This document shows, one piece after another, positions 40,167 to 47,907 of a DNA stretch of 57,294 nt. The position numbers and the translations under genes were made by a program. Location: the NCBI GenBank assembly GCA_000993405.1, contig LBWB01000002.1:1-57294 (forward strand). Reading direction: 5' to 3'. Every line of letters begins with the position of its first letter. The stretch's first letter is position 1. This stretch comes from Candidatus Woesebacteria bacterium GW2011_GWB1_39_12. Lineage in GTDB: Bacteria > Patescibacteriota > Microgenomatia > UBA8517. Below the pieces are notes generated by a model. The model ran no database searches. It saw only the letters and a list, made by a program, of their open reading frames with translations, and was not told the DNA's origin.

Positions 40167-40817
40167 TTAAATAATTAAGTTTTCCATCCTACTTGCCTCT
40201 TTTCCCTTCTGATCTACGATTATTAGTACGTGGTAATTTTGGAAGAGCATCACATCTTTTGGTAACGCATCTTCAAACACCTCCTTTAAATAATCATAAG
40301 TCTTGTTCTCGGCAGATAATTTATATTTCCTAACAAATCTTTTTGTGTATTCATCAATAACAAAGCTTGGTTTATCAAACGCATATAAAAGGAATGTGTC
40401 TGCAGTTTCTGGCCCAATTCCATATACCTGTAACAATTTCTTTCGCAAAGGCCACATATCTTGGTTTAGCATTCCTCTAATTCCGCCGCATTCTTCTATA
40501 GCAAACTTTGAAAAAGCCAGTAATCTTTTCGGTTTTGTAGTGTAAAATCCTGCAGGACGAACCAATCCTGTAAGCTTTTTTAAATCAGAGAGTTGCGCAA
40601 TCTTTTCTAAAGTATGCAAGTTTTCCTTAATTAAATTTCTTAATGCCAAATCGGCATTCCGCCAACTGGTTCTTTGAGTAAGTATTGCTCCAAGTGCAAT
40701 TAATTCACGAGTCTTTAAATTTTTATTTTTCGAACACCAATCTGGCCAAAGTTCCTCCGGATCGCCATACTTTTTAAGTAAATCTTTGTAGAGAGAAAAA
40801 ATTTTAGTATCTACCAT
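40167..40817 (-). CDS. HhH-GPD family DNA glycosylase (endonuclease III-like, no Fe-S Cys motif)
   Basis: GAILTQRTSW, LLQVYGIGPETAD and FVIDEY motifs. Confidence 0.8.
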   Translation of the reverse strand: MVDTKIFSLYKDLLKKYGDPEELWPDWCSKNKNLKTRELIALGAILTQRTSWRNADLALRNLIKENLHTLEKIAQLSDLKKLTGLVRPAGFYTTKPKRLLAFSKFAIEECGGIRGMLNQDMWPLRKKLLQVYGIGPETADTFLLYAFDKPSFVIDEYTKRFVRKYKLSAENKTYDYLKEVFEDALPKDVMLFQNYHVLIIVDQKGKEASRMENLII

Positions 40818-40827
40818 AATAACTTAG

Positions 40828-41136
40828 CTAGAGAAAGAACCAGTATGCCAGCCATGCGCCTACCGTAATTAATGCGAGAAGAATTGTGAGATTTCCTAAC
40901 CTACTAAAACTATTTCTTTTAAGACAAATAATTGCAAGTACTATCTCAGCAATAGCAATTACATATGTATTTAGTGAAGTCCATAAAATGTAACTTACTA
41001 TTGGATCTGCGGATTTCTTAACAAGTACTGTTGAAAGAAAATTCTTAATCCCTAAATCTTGAAAGATATCTCTAAGTAGATGGAGAGAAGAATAAAAAAT
41101 TAAGAGATATAGCCAGTATTTTTGCCATTTTTTCAC
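40828..41136 (-). CDS. Small membrane hypothetical protein
   Basis: GTG start 6 nt after TGGTATAAT; 3 TM segments. Confidence 0.55.
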   Translation of the reverse strand: MKKWQKYWLYLLIFYSSLHLLRDIFQDLGIKNFLSTVLVKKSADPIVSYILWTSLNTYVIAIAEIVLAIICLKRNSFSRLGNLTILLALITVGAWLAYWFFL

Positions 41137-41179
41137 TATGAAATTATACCAATTCCAGAATAAGTTTTTTGAAAAGAAA

Positions 41180-41665
41180 TTACCTGAAAGGATTTGGGAA
41201 CCAGCGGGGGACCTTTTTTACATATTCTTCATATTCTTTTCCGAATTTCTTTTTAAGCTCGGGTTCTTCTTTGTAAATTACAACTAGTTGAAAGGTGATA
41301 ATTGCAAGCAAAATATAAACTATGAGTAATAAATGCCCGAGAATCATAAATATCCCTAAAAATGTCAGGAGAACTGCAATATACATCGGATTACGACTGT
41401 ATCTGTAAAAGCCCCTTAAAATAAATTTCTTGGGAGATTCAATCACGACGGGTGTAACTCTTCCGGTTAAAAGGTGTTGGTGGGTTGTATATAGAGTTGC
41501 CGAAAAACCAAAAAGAAAAATTACAAAGCCAAAACTCCTAAGCAGGCTGTTATTATAAATCGGTAGGTTGTAGATAATGTTCAGGCGAATTAGTAGCATT
41601 GGAACCACGAAATAAAAAGTGACAAGAATAAAAATGCCAAGAAGTAAAACCACTCCCCTTTTCAT
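41180..41665 (-). CDS. ICMT/PEMT family membrane methyltransferase
   Basis: GFYRYSRNPMY and EEPELKKKFGKEYEEY..KVPRW; start at 41665 (7 nt after TGATATAAT). Confidence 0.82.
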   Translation of the reverse strand: MKRGVVLLLGIFILVTFYFVVPMLLIRLNIIYNLPIYNNSLLRSFGFVIFLFGFSATLYTTHQHLLTGRVTPVVIESPKKFILRGFYRYSRNPMYIAVLLTFLGIFMILGHLLLIVYILLAIITFQLVVIYKEEPELKKKFGKEYEEYVKKVPRWFPNPFR

Positions 41666-41768
41666 TAAAATCATTATATCAACTTTGTAAGACAGATTGA
41701 AAAAATTTGTGGAGAAGAAATTAAAAAAATCAAACGTTTCTATGGCCGCGGAGGAAATGGGCTCTCAA

Positions 41769-42401
41769 CTATTTTTTTAAAAATTTCTTCCAAAATATAC
41801 TACCCATGATAAAGACAAAAGAGAGCGTTAAAGTGAGTACGAGCATTATTATCGTAAATTGTGCAGGAGTATCGGCATTCAATGATAAATAATACCAGAG
41901 AATTGTCCCCGGTATTGATGCGAGTAAAGACACAACAAGATAGATTTTAAATTTCATATTCGTCAAACCCATTGCAAAGGAGACAAAATCGTTTATCGAC
42001 CCCTGAAAAATTCTTAGAAAAACTAAGGTAACTATTCCGTAGTCCTTTGTCAGTTCATCAACTTTTTTCATATCCTCTTTCCCAACAAATTTTCCCACTA
42101 TTGTTCTTCCCCACTTTCTTGCTATCCAAAAGTTAAGGACGTAACTAATATAGGCCGCAACAATACTATAAAAAATTACCCTTTGTCCAAAGGCATAATA
42201 ACCGGCAAAGATTATCGGTGTTCCGCTAAAAGGAGCTATGACCAGTGTTAACAAGGTAAGTAGTATATAAACTACTGGAGCGAAAAATCCCGCGTCGTTT
42301 ATAAAAGTAATAATTTCTTTCTCTGAAAAACTTCTACTTAGTAAATAAAGAAGAAGCGATATTACAACAATGAAAAGAAGCGGAACTACACGCTTTCTCA
42401 T
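41769..42401 (-). CDS. DedA/VTT (TVP38/SNARE-associated) membrane protein
   Basis: GYYAFG, FWIARKWGR, FLRIF and SFAMGLTNMKF pattern. Confidence 0.8.
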   Translation of the reverse strand: MRKRVVPLLFIVVISLLLYLLSRSFSEKEIITFINDAGFFAPVVYILLTLLTLVIAPFSGTPIIFAGYYAFGQRVIFYSIVAAYISYVLNFWIARKWGRTIVGKFVGKEDMKKVDELTKDYGIVTLVFLRIFQGSINDFVSFAMGLTNMKFKIYLVVSLLASIPGTILWYYLSLNADTPAQFTIIMLVLTLTLSFVFIMGSIFWKKFLKK

Positions 42402-42503
42402 AAAGAAAGTATATCAAGAAAACAACTAAGAAATTTAAGAGTAGAGGCTGCACTTGTCCACTTTGGAGGGGATGAAATGGGGTTCTTAAATTTTATTGAA
42501 GAT

Positions 42504-42890
42504 TTATTTCTGAAAGAACTTTTTCGTGGCTGGCCAAATATTTTTACCTTCCTTTATTTCTTCTTGTGTGAACCACCGCACATCTTTCAACCGTTCTCTG
42601 TCGTAATTTAACTTTTTAATTACCGCTTTACACAACCACCAGTGTGTTATCTGGTCTTTGATATCACTAGAGGTTTCCGCAAGTTCTCTAATTGGAACAA
42701 CATCGATAAATAATTCTTTTTTGATCTTTCCGACTAAGGCAACCTTCAAATCCTCCCCCTTTTCCATATGTCCTCCCGGCGGGTAATAAAAACCTGTATA
42801 TTTTCCATAATCTAAAACAGAGCTAACCAACAGATATTTCTTAATACCTTTTACTCTTTTAGATATTATTCCAACCACGACGTGTTTCAT
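42504..42890 (-). CDS. NUDIX-fold protein with degenerate Nudix box
   Basis: PPGGHMEKGEDLKVALVGKIKKELFI in place of the REUxEExG consensus. Confidence 0.7.
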   Translation of the reverse strand: MKHVVVGIISKRVKGIKKYLLVSSVLDYGKYTGFYYPPGGHMEKGEDLKVALVGKIKKELFIDVVPIRELAETSSDIKDQITHWWLCKAVIKKLNYDRERLKDVRWFTQEEIKEGKNIWPATKKFFQK

Positions 42891-42978
42891 TAACTGAATT
42901 ATATCAAGAATTACTGTAGAAAAGCCGCAGTGGAGATGGATTCGTTACTCTTCTACCATTAAAATTGTATAATATTGT

Positions 42979-43338
42979 ATGGATTTTAAAACTCTGATTG
43001 AACGCGCAAAAGAAATTAGAAAACTATATGCCGCATCGGATGAAAAAAGGCTCGGGAAAGAATGGCCCCGAGGAGAATATGTGAAGGCTTTTGTTGGTGA
43101 TGTTGGTGCATTAATTAAATTAACCCAAGCAAAAGAAGGATTTCGGGAGATTGAAAATATTGACGAAAGACTAGCCCATGAATTTGGAAACATACTTTGG
43201 GCTGTTATAATGCTTGCCGAAATGTATGGGATTGATCTCGAAAAGTCTTTCATGGAAACAATGAATGAGTTGAAGGAAAGAGCTTCAAAGGGTTCACTTG
43301 CTAAAACCCAAGTAAGATCAGGAATAGTTGATAGATAA
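42979..43338 (+). CDS. MazG-like NTP pyrophosphohydrolase family protein, divergent
   Basis: GDVGALIK...LAHEFGNILWAV..LA..YGIDLE. Confidence 0.65.
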   Translation: MDFKTLIERAKEIRKLYAASDEKRLGKEWPRGEYVKAFVGDVGALIKLTQAKEGFREIENIDERLAHEFGNILWAVIMLAEMYGIDLEKSFMETMNELKERASKGSLAKTQVRSGIVDR

Positions 43339-43402
43339 ATGCGCCGTGGGGGGTGCGTTCTTATACTATATTCTAAATACTATATTCAAAATTCCGATTA
43401 AA

Positions 43403-43423
43403 GAGCTAATTTGAAGACAAATT
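43403..43423 (+). repeat. 21-bp direct repeat, copy 1
   Basis: GAGCTAATTTGAAGACAAATT. Confidence 0.92.
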
Positions 43424-43436
43424 CGATCTTTGACTT

Positions 43437-44183
43437 TCATTTAATCTTGGCTAGTCGAATCGCGGTCCTCCAAATTAAATACATATCTAATCCAAGTGAG
43501 GCGTTTTCATAATAAAACATATCAAGATGGTAATTATCTTGCACCCATTTGAGTGGGCTTCCAATTGTTTGAGATAACCCAGAAACTCCAGTTTTACCTG
43601 AGTTATAAGCCTCTACCCACCTTCGATATCTTTCCGAAGACCACTTGTTTTCCAACTCTCTGGCTTCATCCAAAGGAATTGCCCTGATGCCGAAAAAGGA
43701 CATTTTCCCTAACACAACTTGATATAGCTGCGGCAACTCCTCCAGTTGAAACTTTCTCATAAATGATCCCAAAGCCGTATTTCTAGGATCATTATCAGGC
43801 GTAAGTCCTCCGGCAATATCTGAGTTAACTCTCGAACCTTTATCCGAATTTGGTTTCATACACCTTATCTTCCAAACAGGAAGATCATTAATCGCATAAT
43901 CTCCAATTTTTGAAGCTCTCATATGAACGAAGAATGGCTCACTTCCATCCTCAATCAATTTTGCCGTTGCCAGACCTATAATAAATGGCGTGGCCAAAAC
44001 TGAGGAAGGAACACCTATTGCATAGTCAAGAGCCTTTTTCCAGTCACTATTAATATATTTATCCCCTTTAGGTGGGCACATATTATTCAATATTCTGGCA
44101 ATTTCTGTGTCTCCTCTTCTCAAATAACCATCAATTTGATCAAGATGGCTGATGGGGTTTGATAATACTTCGGGATTTGCCAT
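43437..44183 (-). CDS. Bacterial sugar transferase (WbaP/WcaJ-like phosphoglycosyl transferase), divergent
   Basis: KKALD, WKIRCM, MRKFQLEELPQL..V..GKMS..G, G.SG..Q and DM.Y..N.SL.LD motifs. Confidence 0.8.
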   Translation of the reverse strand: MANPEVLSNPISHLDQIDGYLRRGDTEIARILNNMCPPKGDKYINSDWKKALDYAIGVPSSVLATPFIIGLATAKLIEDGSEPFFVHMRASKIGDYAINDLPVWKIRCMKPNSDKGSRVNSDIAGGLTPDNDPRNTALGSFMRKFQLEELPQLYQVVLGKMSFFGIRAIPLDEARELENKWSSERYRRWVEAYNSGKTGVSGLSQTIGSPLKWVQDNYHLDMFYYENASLGLDMYLIWRTAIRLAKIK

Positions 44184-44225
44184 TAAATTTTATTATGGGT
44201 TGTATTTTATCATAAGTGATCTTTG

Positions 44226-44246
44226 GAGCTAATTTGAAGACAAATT
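44226..44246 (+). repeat. 21-bp direct repeat, copy 2
   Basis: GAGCTAATTTGAAGACAAATT. Confidence 0.92.
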
Positions 44247-44259
44247 CATTTCCTGAATT

Positions 44260-44553
44260 TTATTCAAACTTTACGGTGAGTCTTGAGTCTAAAGCTTGAG
44301 CAATTCTCTTTAATAGAGAAATAGATGGCTTGGAATTTGCCGTTTCCAGTTTGGAAATCACCGGTTGTTTGGTACCAACCCTTCTCGCAAGCTGTATCTG
44401 GGTCAGATTCTTTTTCTTTCGGGCTTTTATTAAACTGTCTGCCAAGATAAACTCGGGCTCCAATAACTCTGCCACTTTTAAAAATTTTTTATCTTTTAAA
44501 AGCTTTTTTTCGTAAGTTTTCCAGCTGGTTAATTTTCTGACATCTCTTTTCAT
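44260..44553 (-). CDS. XRE-family HTH antitoxin (HigA-like)
   Basis: LIKARKKKNLTQIQLARRVGTKQPVISKLE; downstream of a RelE-like toxin. Confidence 0.85.
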   Translation of the reverse strand: MKRDVRKLTSWKTYEKKLLKDKKFLKVAELLEPEFILADSLIKARKKKNLTQIQLARRVGTKQPVISKLETANSKPSISLLKRIAQALDSRLTVKFE

Positions 44554-44591
44554 GCCTAAAATATATCAAATGTATTATATTATGTCAACTC

Positions 44592-44930
44592 TCAAATAAA
44601 TTCTTTAGCTCTTTTCTGGGCAAGTCTAATTTCTTTAACTAAAGTTTTTTGAGATTTTTTAACAATGATATGAAGCAATAAAAAAACGTCAGACTTATGA
44701 AGAGTGAAGAAAATTCGGATTTGTTTTTCCCCGACGGTTCTTAATTCAAAAATATCTGGTTTTCTTGCGACTTTTTTAACGGACTGATTTTTCAAAAGTT
44801 CCAAACCATGTTTTTCCAAAACTCTTATGCTGTTTCTTACTCTTCCTCTTGTAATTTCATCCAGATTATCGATAAATTCCGCAATTATTTCCCGACCGGA
44901 GGAGGTTTTATAGAGGAAAACCTGATGCAT
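44592..44930 (-). CDS. Type II toxin, RelE/HigB (Gp49-like) family
   Basis: IFELRT...RIFF...LLH...KKSQKT...I.LA..R pattern. Confidence 0.85.
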   Translation of the reverse strand: MHQVFLYKTSSGREIIAEFIDNLDEITRGRVRNSIRVLEKHGLELLKNQSVKKVARKPDIFELRTVGEKQIRIFFTLHKSDVFLLLHIIVKKSQKTLVKEIRLAQKRAKEFI

Positions 44931-44951
44931 TAATTCATATTAACATTCCTG

Positions 44952-44972
44952 GAGCTAATTTGAAGATAAATC
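44952..44972 (+). repeat. 21-bp direct repeat, copy 3 (2 mismatches)
   Basis: GAGCTAATTTGAAGATAAATC. Confidence 0.88.
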
Positions 44973-44996
44973 CCCCAGTGTTATACTTCTTCAGCT

Positions 44997-45683
44997 GTGA
45001 CAGCAGAAAATAAAATTGGAATTTTTGGGAACGGTCCTGGGATTGAATTTATAAGAGATATTACTTGTAGTCCCCTGTTTATATTTAAATACGAAGTTGG
45101 TGGACAAGAAAATCTGGCCAGTATCCCAACCTCACCGGCAATATTATATTTCTTCCCACATACAAGTCATCTGGATCCATTCTCTGTTAGATTTGCCAGC
45201 CAGAGAGATGTTCGCAAGTATGAAATGTTTCCGGCCGCCAAAGATTACTGGTACCAAAATAGGATTAGAGAGATGGTTCATTCGCTATTTCTTAATACTT
45301 ATCCCATGGAAAGACAAAATATAAGTGGTATGTCAGACGCGATGGAGATATCCCGAAGAGTCCTTGATGCTGGATTGAGTTTGGTTATTGCTCCGGAGGG
45401 TACAAGGACTTTAAATCCCGATGAAGAACGAATACTCCATAATGGTCCAACCGATTTAGCTCTACAGGGCGGTTATCCAATAATTCCCATAAGACTTAGG
45501 GGGTTTGCTGATATCATGCCGAAAGGACATCTTCCGAAATTGTCTGACGGACTACACCGCCATCAAGTGTCAGTGATATTCGGTGAACCGATATCAGTAC
45601 CAAAAGTAGAGAAATATTCTGTTCGGCGTATAGAAAGAAGAAATCTAACTCGTCTGCTTAGAGATAAACTCCTGACAATGTAA
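44997..45683 (+). CDS. PlsC-family lysophospholipid acyltransferase
   Basis: HTSHLD (HxxxxD), AAKDYW and APEGTRT motifs. Confidence 0.82.
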   Translation: MTAENKIGIFGNGPGIEFIRDITCSPLFIFKYEVGGQENLASIPTSPAILYFFPHTSHLDPFSVRFASQRDVRKYEMFPAAKDYWYQNRIREMVHSLFLNTYPMERQNISGMSDAMEISRRVLDAGLSLVIAPEGTRTLNPDEERILHNGPTDLALQGGYPIIPIRLRGFADIMPKGHLPKLSDGLHRHQVSVIFGEPISVPKVEKYSVRRIERRNLTRLLRDKLLTM

Positions 45684-45694
45684 ATTTCACTCCC

Positions 45695-45715
45695 GAGCTA
45701 ATTTGAAGACAAATT
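45695..45715 (+). repeat. 21-bp direct repeat, copy 4
   Basis: GAGCTAATTTGAAGACAAATT. Confidence 0.92.
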
Positions 45716-45721
45716 ATTTTT

Positions 45722-45769
45722 TTATTTAGATATCAATTCATTTGTGGGAATAATCGGGTTTCTAATTTT
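45722..45769 (-). pseudogene. Orphan 3' tail homologous to the gene at 46452-46823
   Basis: KIRNPIIPTNELISK* versus KTRSRIIPTIELVTR*, 8 of 15 identical with aligned stop. Confidence 0.6.
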
Positions 45770-45899
45770 ACCCAACTGTCAGCCTAATATATCCTTTAAA
45801 AATTTAAGTATCAATAAATACCAGTAAGCTTGTTTTCTTTACATACAAGTTACAAATGGTTTATTCTGAATATAGGAAGGTTTCAAGGGGGTGATATGA

Positions 45900-46430
45900 A
45901 TGGCTAAACAAAAGGAATTAAATCATTTTCATGTCGGATTTCTTGCGGTTGCAAGCATTTTTTTGTCTGTTGTCTTTTTTGCCCAAACACTTAACTTAAG
46001 TTATTCTAAAAATGAGGATAAAGGCTTCGATCAATATGGCTATAACTACAATGCAAGGCTTTTTAATGGCTTGGCAGATGGAGTTGACAGAGTGGCTGAT
46101 GATAAACTCTGGGGCGATACGACTTATGCAAAGGATAAGCTGGTAATGAAGTGGTCAGATGCATGGCATCAGGCACGCTTCGGAACTCTGTCTTGGAACT
46201 GCGAGGCGTGGACAGACAACGAGTGGAATGGAAAGGTGCCGGAAGGAAGCGGAGAAACTTGGCATTATAAAATCGTCTGGGTGGGACCACAGCTTGAAGA
46301 TAGTAGTTGTTGGAGAGAAGGAGGATACCCAATCTGGGGACAATTCGAGGTAATATTCTCGCAAGGCACTGTTGCAAACCAGCATTTCTGGGACACACAT
46401 GCGTATCCGGCAGGTTACGGAGGATTTTAA
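45900..46430 (+). CDS. Secreted or membrane-anchored Trp-rich hypothetical protein
   Basis: SD GGGGTG, N-terminal hydrophobic helix, W/G-rich domain. Confidence 0.65.
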   Translation: MAKQKELNHFHVGFLAVASIFLSVVFFAQTLNLSYSKNEDKGFDQYGYNYNARLFNGLADGVDRVADDKLWGDTTYAKDKLVMKWSDAWHQARFGTLSWNCEAWTDNEWNGKVPEGSGETWHYKIVWVGPQLEDSSCWREGGYPIWGQFEVIFSQGTVANQHFWDTHAYPAGYGGF

Positions 46431-46451
46431 AATAACCAGCAAGATTAATAA

Positions 46452-46823
46452 CTATCTTGTTACTAACTCGATAGTTGGGATAATTCGACTGCGAGTTTTC
46501 TTGCCTGCCTCGCCGGCCTGCGGGTCCTTCGGAAAACCAGTCGGAAGAAGATAGCCTTGCCAATCACCTTCTCCAACAGAAAGTTCCAAATGAAGTTGGT
46601 CAACCAGTTTCGGCTCGTCTTTAACTTTATAAATTCTGTATTCCCCTTTTGACAATTTTTGGTCAGTTTTATGACCTCTGTGCGTTGCGACAAGAATTTC
46701 ACCAATCGATTTGGTAAAAATCCAAACAAAAGTTTTTTTATCCAGTTTCAAAATCTTTACATCATTTCTTGTCTCAATTAAAGTATACTTACCCCTTTTC
46801 AGAAGTTTAATCATGTGTATCAA
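46452..46823 (-). CDS. Hypothetical protein
   Basis: 123-aa ORF collinear with neighbours; contains a GC-rich in-frame segment (DPQAGEAG). Confidence 0.65.
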   Translation of the reverse strand: MIHMIKLLKRGKYTLIETRNDVKILKLDKKTFVWIFTKSIGEILVATHRGHKTDQKLSKGEYRIYKVKDEPKLVDQLHLELSVGEGDWQGYLLPTGFPKDPQAGEAGKKTRSRIIPTIELVTR

Positions 46824-46832
46824 GTCTAAATA

Positions 46833-47258
46833 TTAGGGATTCTTCTTTACAAACACCAACCCCGCTACAATTGCTTGAACCAAAATGCTTATACTCCAGG
46901 TGAAAATCATCGTAAAAGAAACCTGAAAGCTGCTATAGGAAATGAGCATGCCCGGAATTGTAACCAGCCAGTAGGCGGAGGCAAATTGACAGCATCTCCA
47001 AAAAACATCTCTTTCTTTAAATAAGCCCTTGGTTTTATCCCAAACCCAAGCCAAAATTAAACCCAGCACAAAGGGGTGGACAAAAATATACGACATCAAG
47101 GGATCTGTAAATGGCCTGAAAAGAGCAGTATTTGTGTATTCCGCTGCAACCCCCGGAAAAAGAAATCCCCAAAGCCAATTTAAAGCAAGACTTGCAACAA
47201 GTACGACAACACCAGCAAGAAGTCCTGTGGTAACAACTTTTTTATTTATATTCATCAC
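46833..47258 (-). CDS. Four-TM membrane hypothetical protein
   Basis: Hydrophobic 141-aa ORF with an SD-like GAGGGTG upstream. Confidence 0.6.
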   Translation of the reverse strand: MMNINKKVVTTGLLAGVVVLVASLALNWLWGFLFPGVAAEYTNTALFRPFTDPLMSYIFVHPFVLGLILAWVWDKTKGLFKERDVFWRCCQFASAYWLVTIPGMLISYSSFQVSFTMIFTWSISILVQAIVAGLVFVKKNP

Positions 47259-47272
47259 CCTCTTTCAAAAAG

Positions 47273-47740
47273 TTAATTTAGTATCCAAACTGAAAAATTA
47301 AGAATACTTGCGAAACTCACCCAAGCAAGGTAAGGATAAAGTAAATACGCGGCCGGACGGTAAACTTTCAAAAAAGATTTGATTGTTACTAAAATTGTAA
47401 GCCAAAGAAAGACGATTTCAATAAGTGCCAAACCAGGAGACTTCAGCCCGAAGAAAAGAAAAGACCAAAGACTGTTTAAGATAAGTTGTGCCCAAAACCA
47501 CTTTAATTCCCCTTTTCTTGTCCAAATTAAATAAAGTGAAATCCCCATTAGAAAATATAAAAGCGTCCAAACAGGACCAAAAAGCCAGTTGGGAGGATTA
47601 AATGAAGGTTTAACCAAAGTCTGATACCAACCTGAAATTGCAGGAACCATTACCAAGGAACCAAGTATTCCTGCCCCCTGACAAATCGCAATCGAGCTAA
47701 TTAATAGCCAAAAGTTTCCCTTTGCAGTTTTTTTCGCCAC
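47273..47740 (-). CDS. tspO: TspO/MBR tryptophan-rich sensory protein
   Basis: WYQTLVKPSFNPPNWLFGPVWTLLY, LNSLWSFLFF and PYLAWVSFA motifs. Confidence 0.9.
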   Translation of the reverse strand: MAKKTAKGNFWLLISSIAICQGAGILGSLVMVPAISGWYQTLVKPSFNPPNWLFGPVWTLLYFLMGISLYLIWTRKGELKWFWAQLILNSLWSFLFFGLKSPGLALIEIVFLWLTILVTIKSFLKVYRPAAYLLYPYLAWVSFASILNFSVWILN

Positions 47741-47907
47741 AATTAACTATAAAACGATCCTCCTCTTTTTAAAAGTATATTTAATAGTCTTTTTGTTTAT
47801 CTTGGTTTCTCTCAAGCCATCTCCGCCACTCATCCCGGCGTAATATATATATTGTCTTACCAATATCCATGCTAGTTAATTCTACTGGATTTTTGTAAAC
47901 TGATTCT

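Noticed and set aside
41168-41698. Extra degenerate copies of the 21-bp repeat (tttgaaaagaaatt at 41168; tttgtaagacagatt at 41684)
   Set aside because: Both lack GAGCT and are AT-rich partial matches that could arise by chance; not counted, though worth rechecking with a profile search
43403-45715. CRISPR array or classical integron
   Set aside because: Intervals are 0.7-0.8 kb gene-bearing modules, not 30-40 nt spacers; no cas or intI in the window; no RYYYAAC...GTTRRRY attC ends
46063-46563. 166-aa minus-strand ORF
   Set aside because: Overlaps two better-supported genes and has no recognisable motif or start signal
47803-47833. ggtttctctcaagccatctccgcca as a tRNA or att site
   Set aside because: Only a weak 3'-end resemblance, no cloverleaf can be folded and there is no second copy
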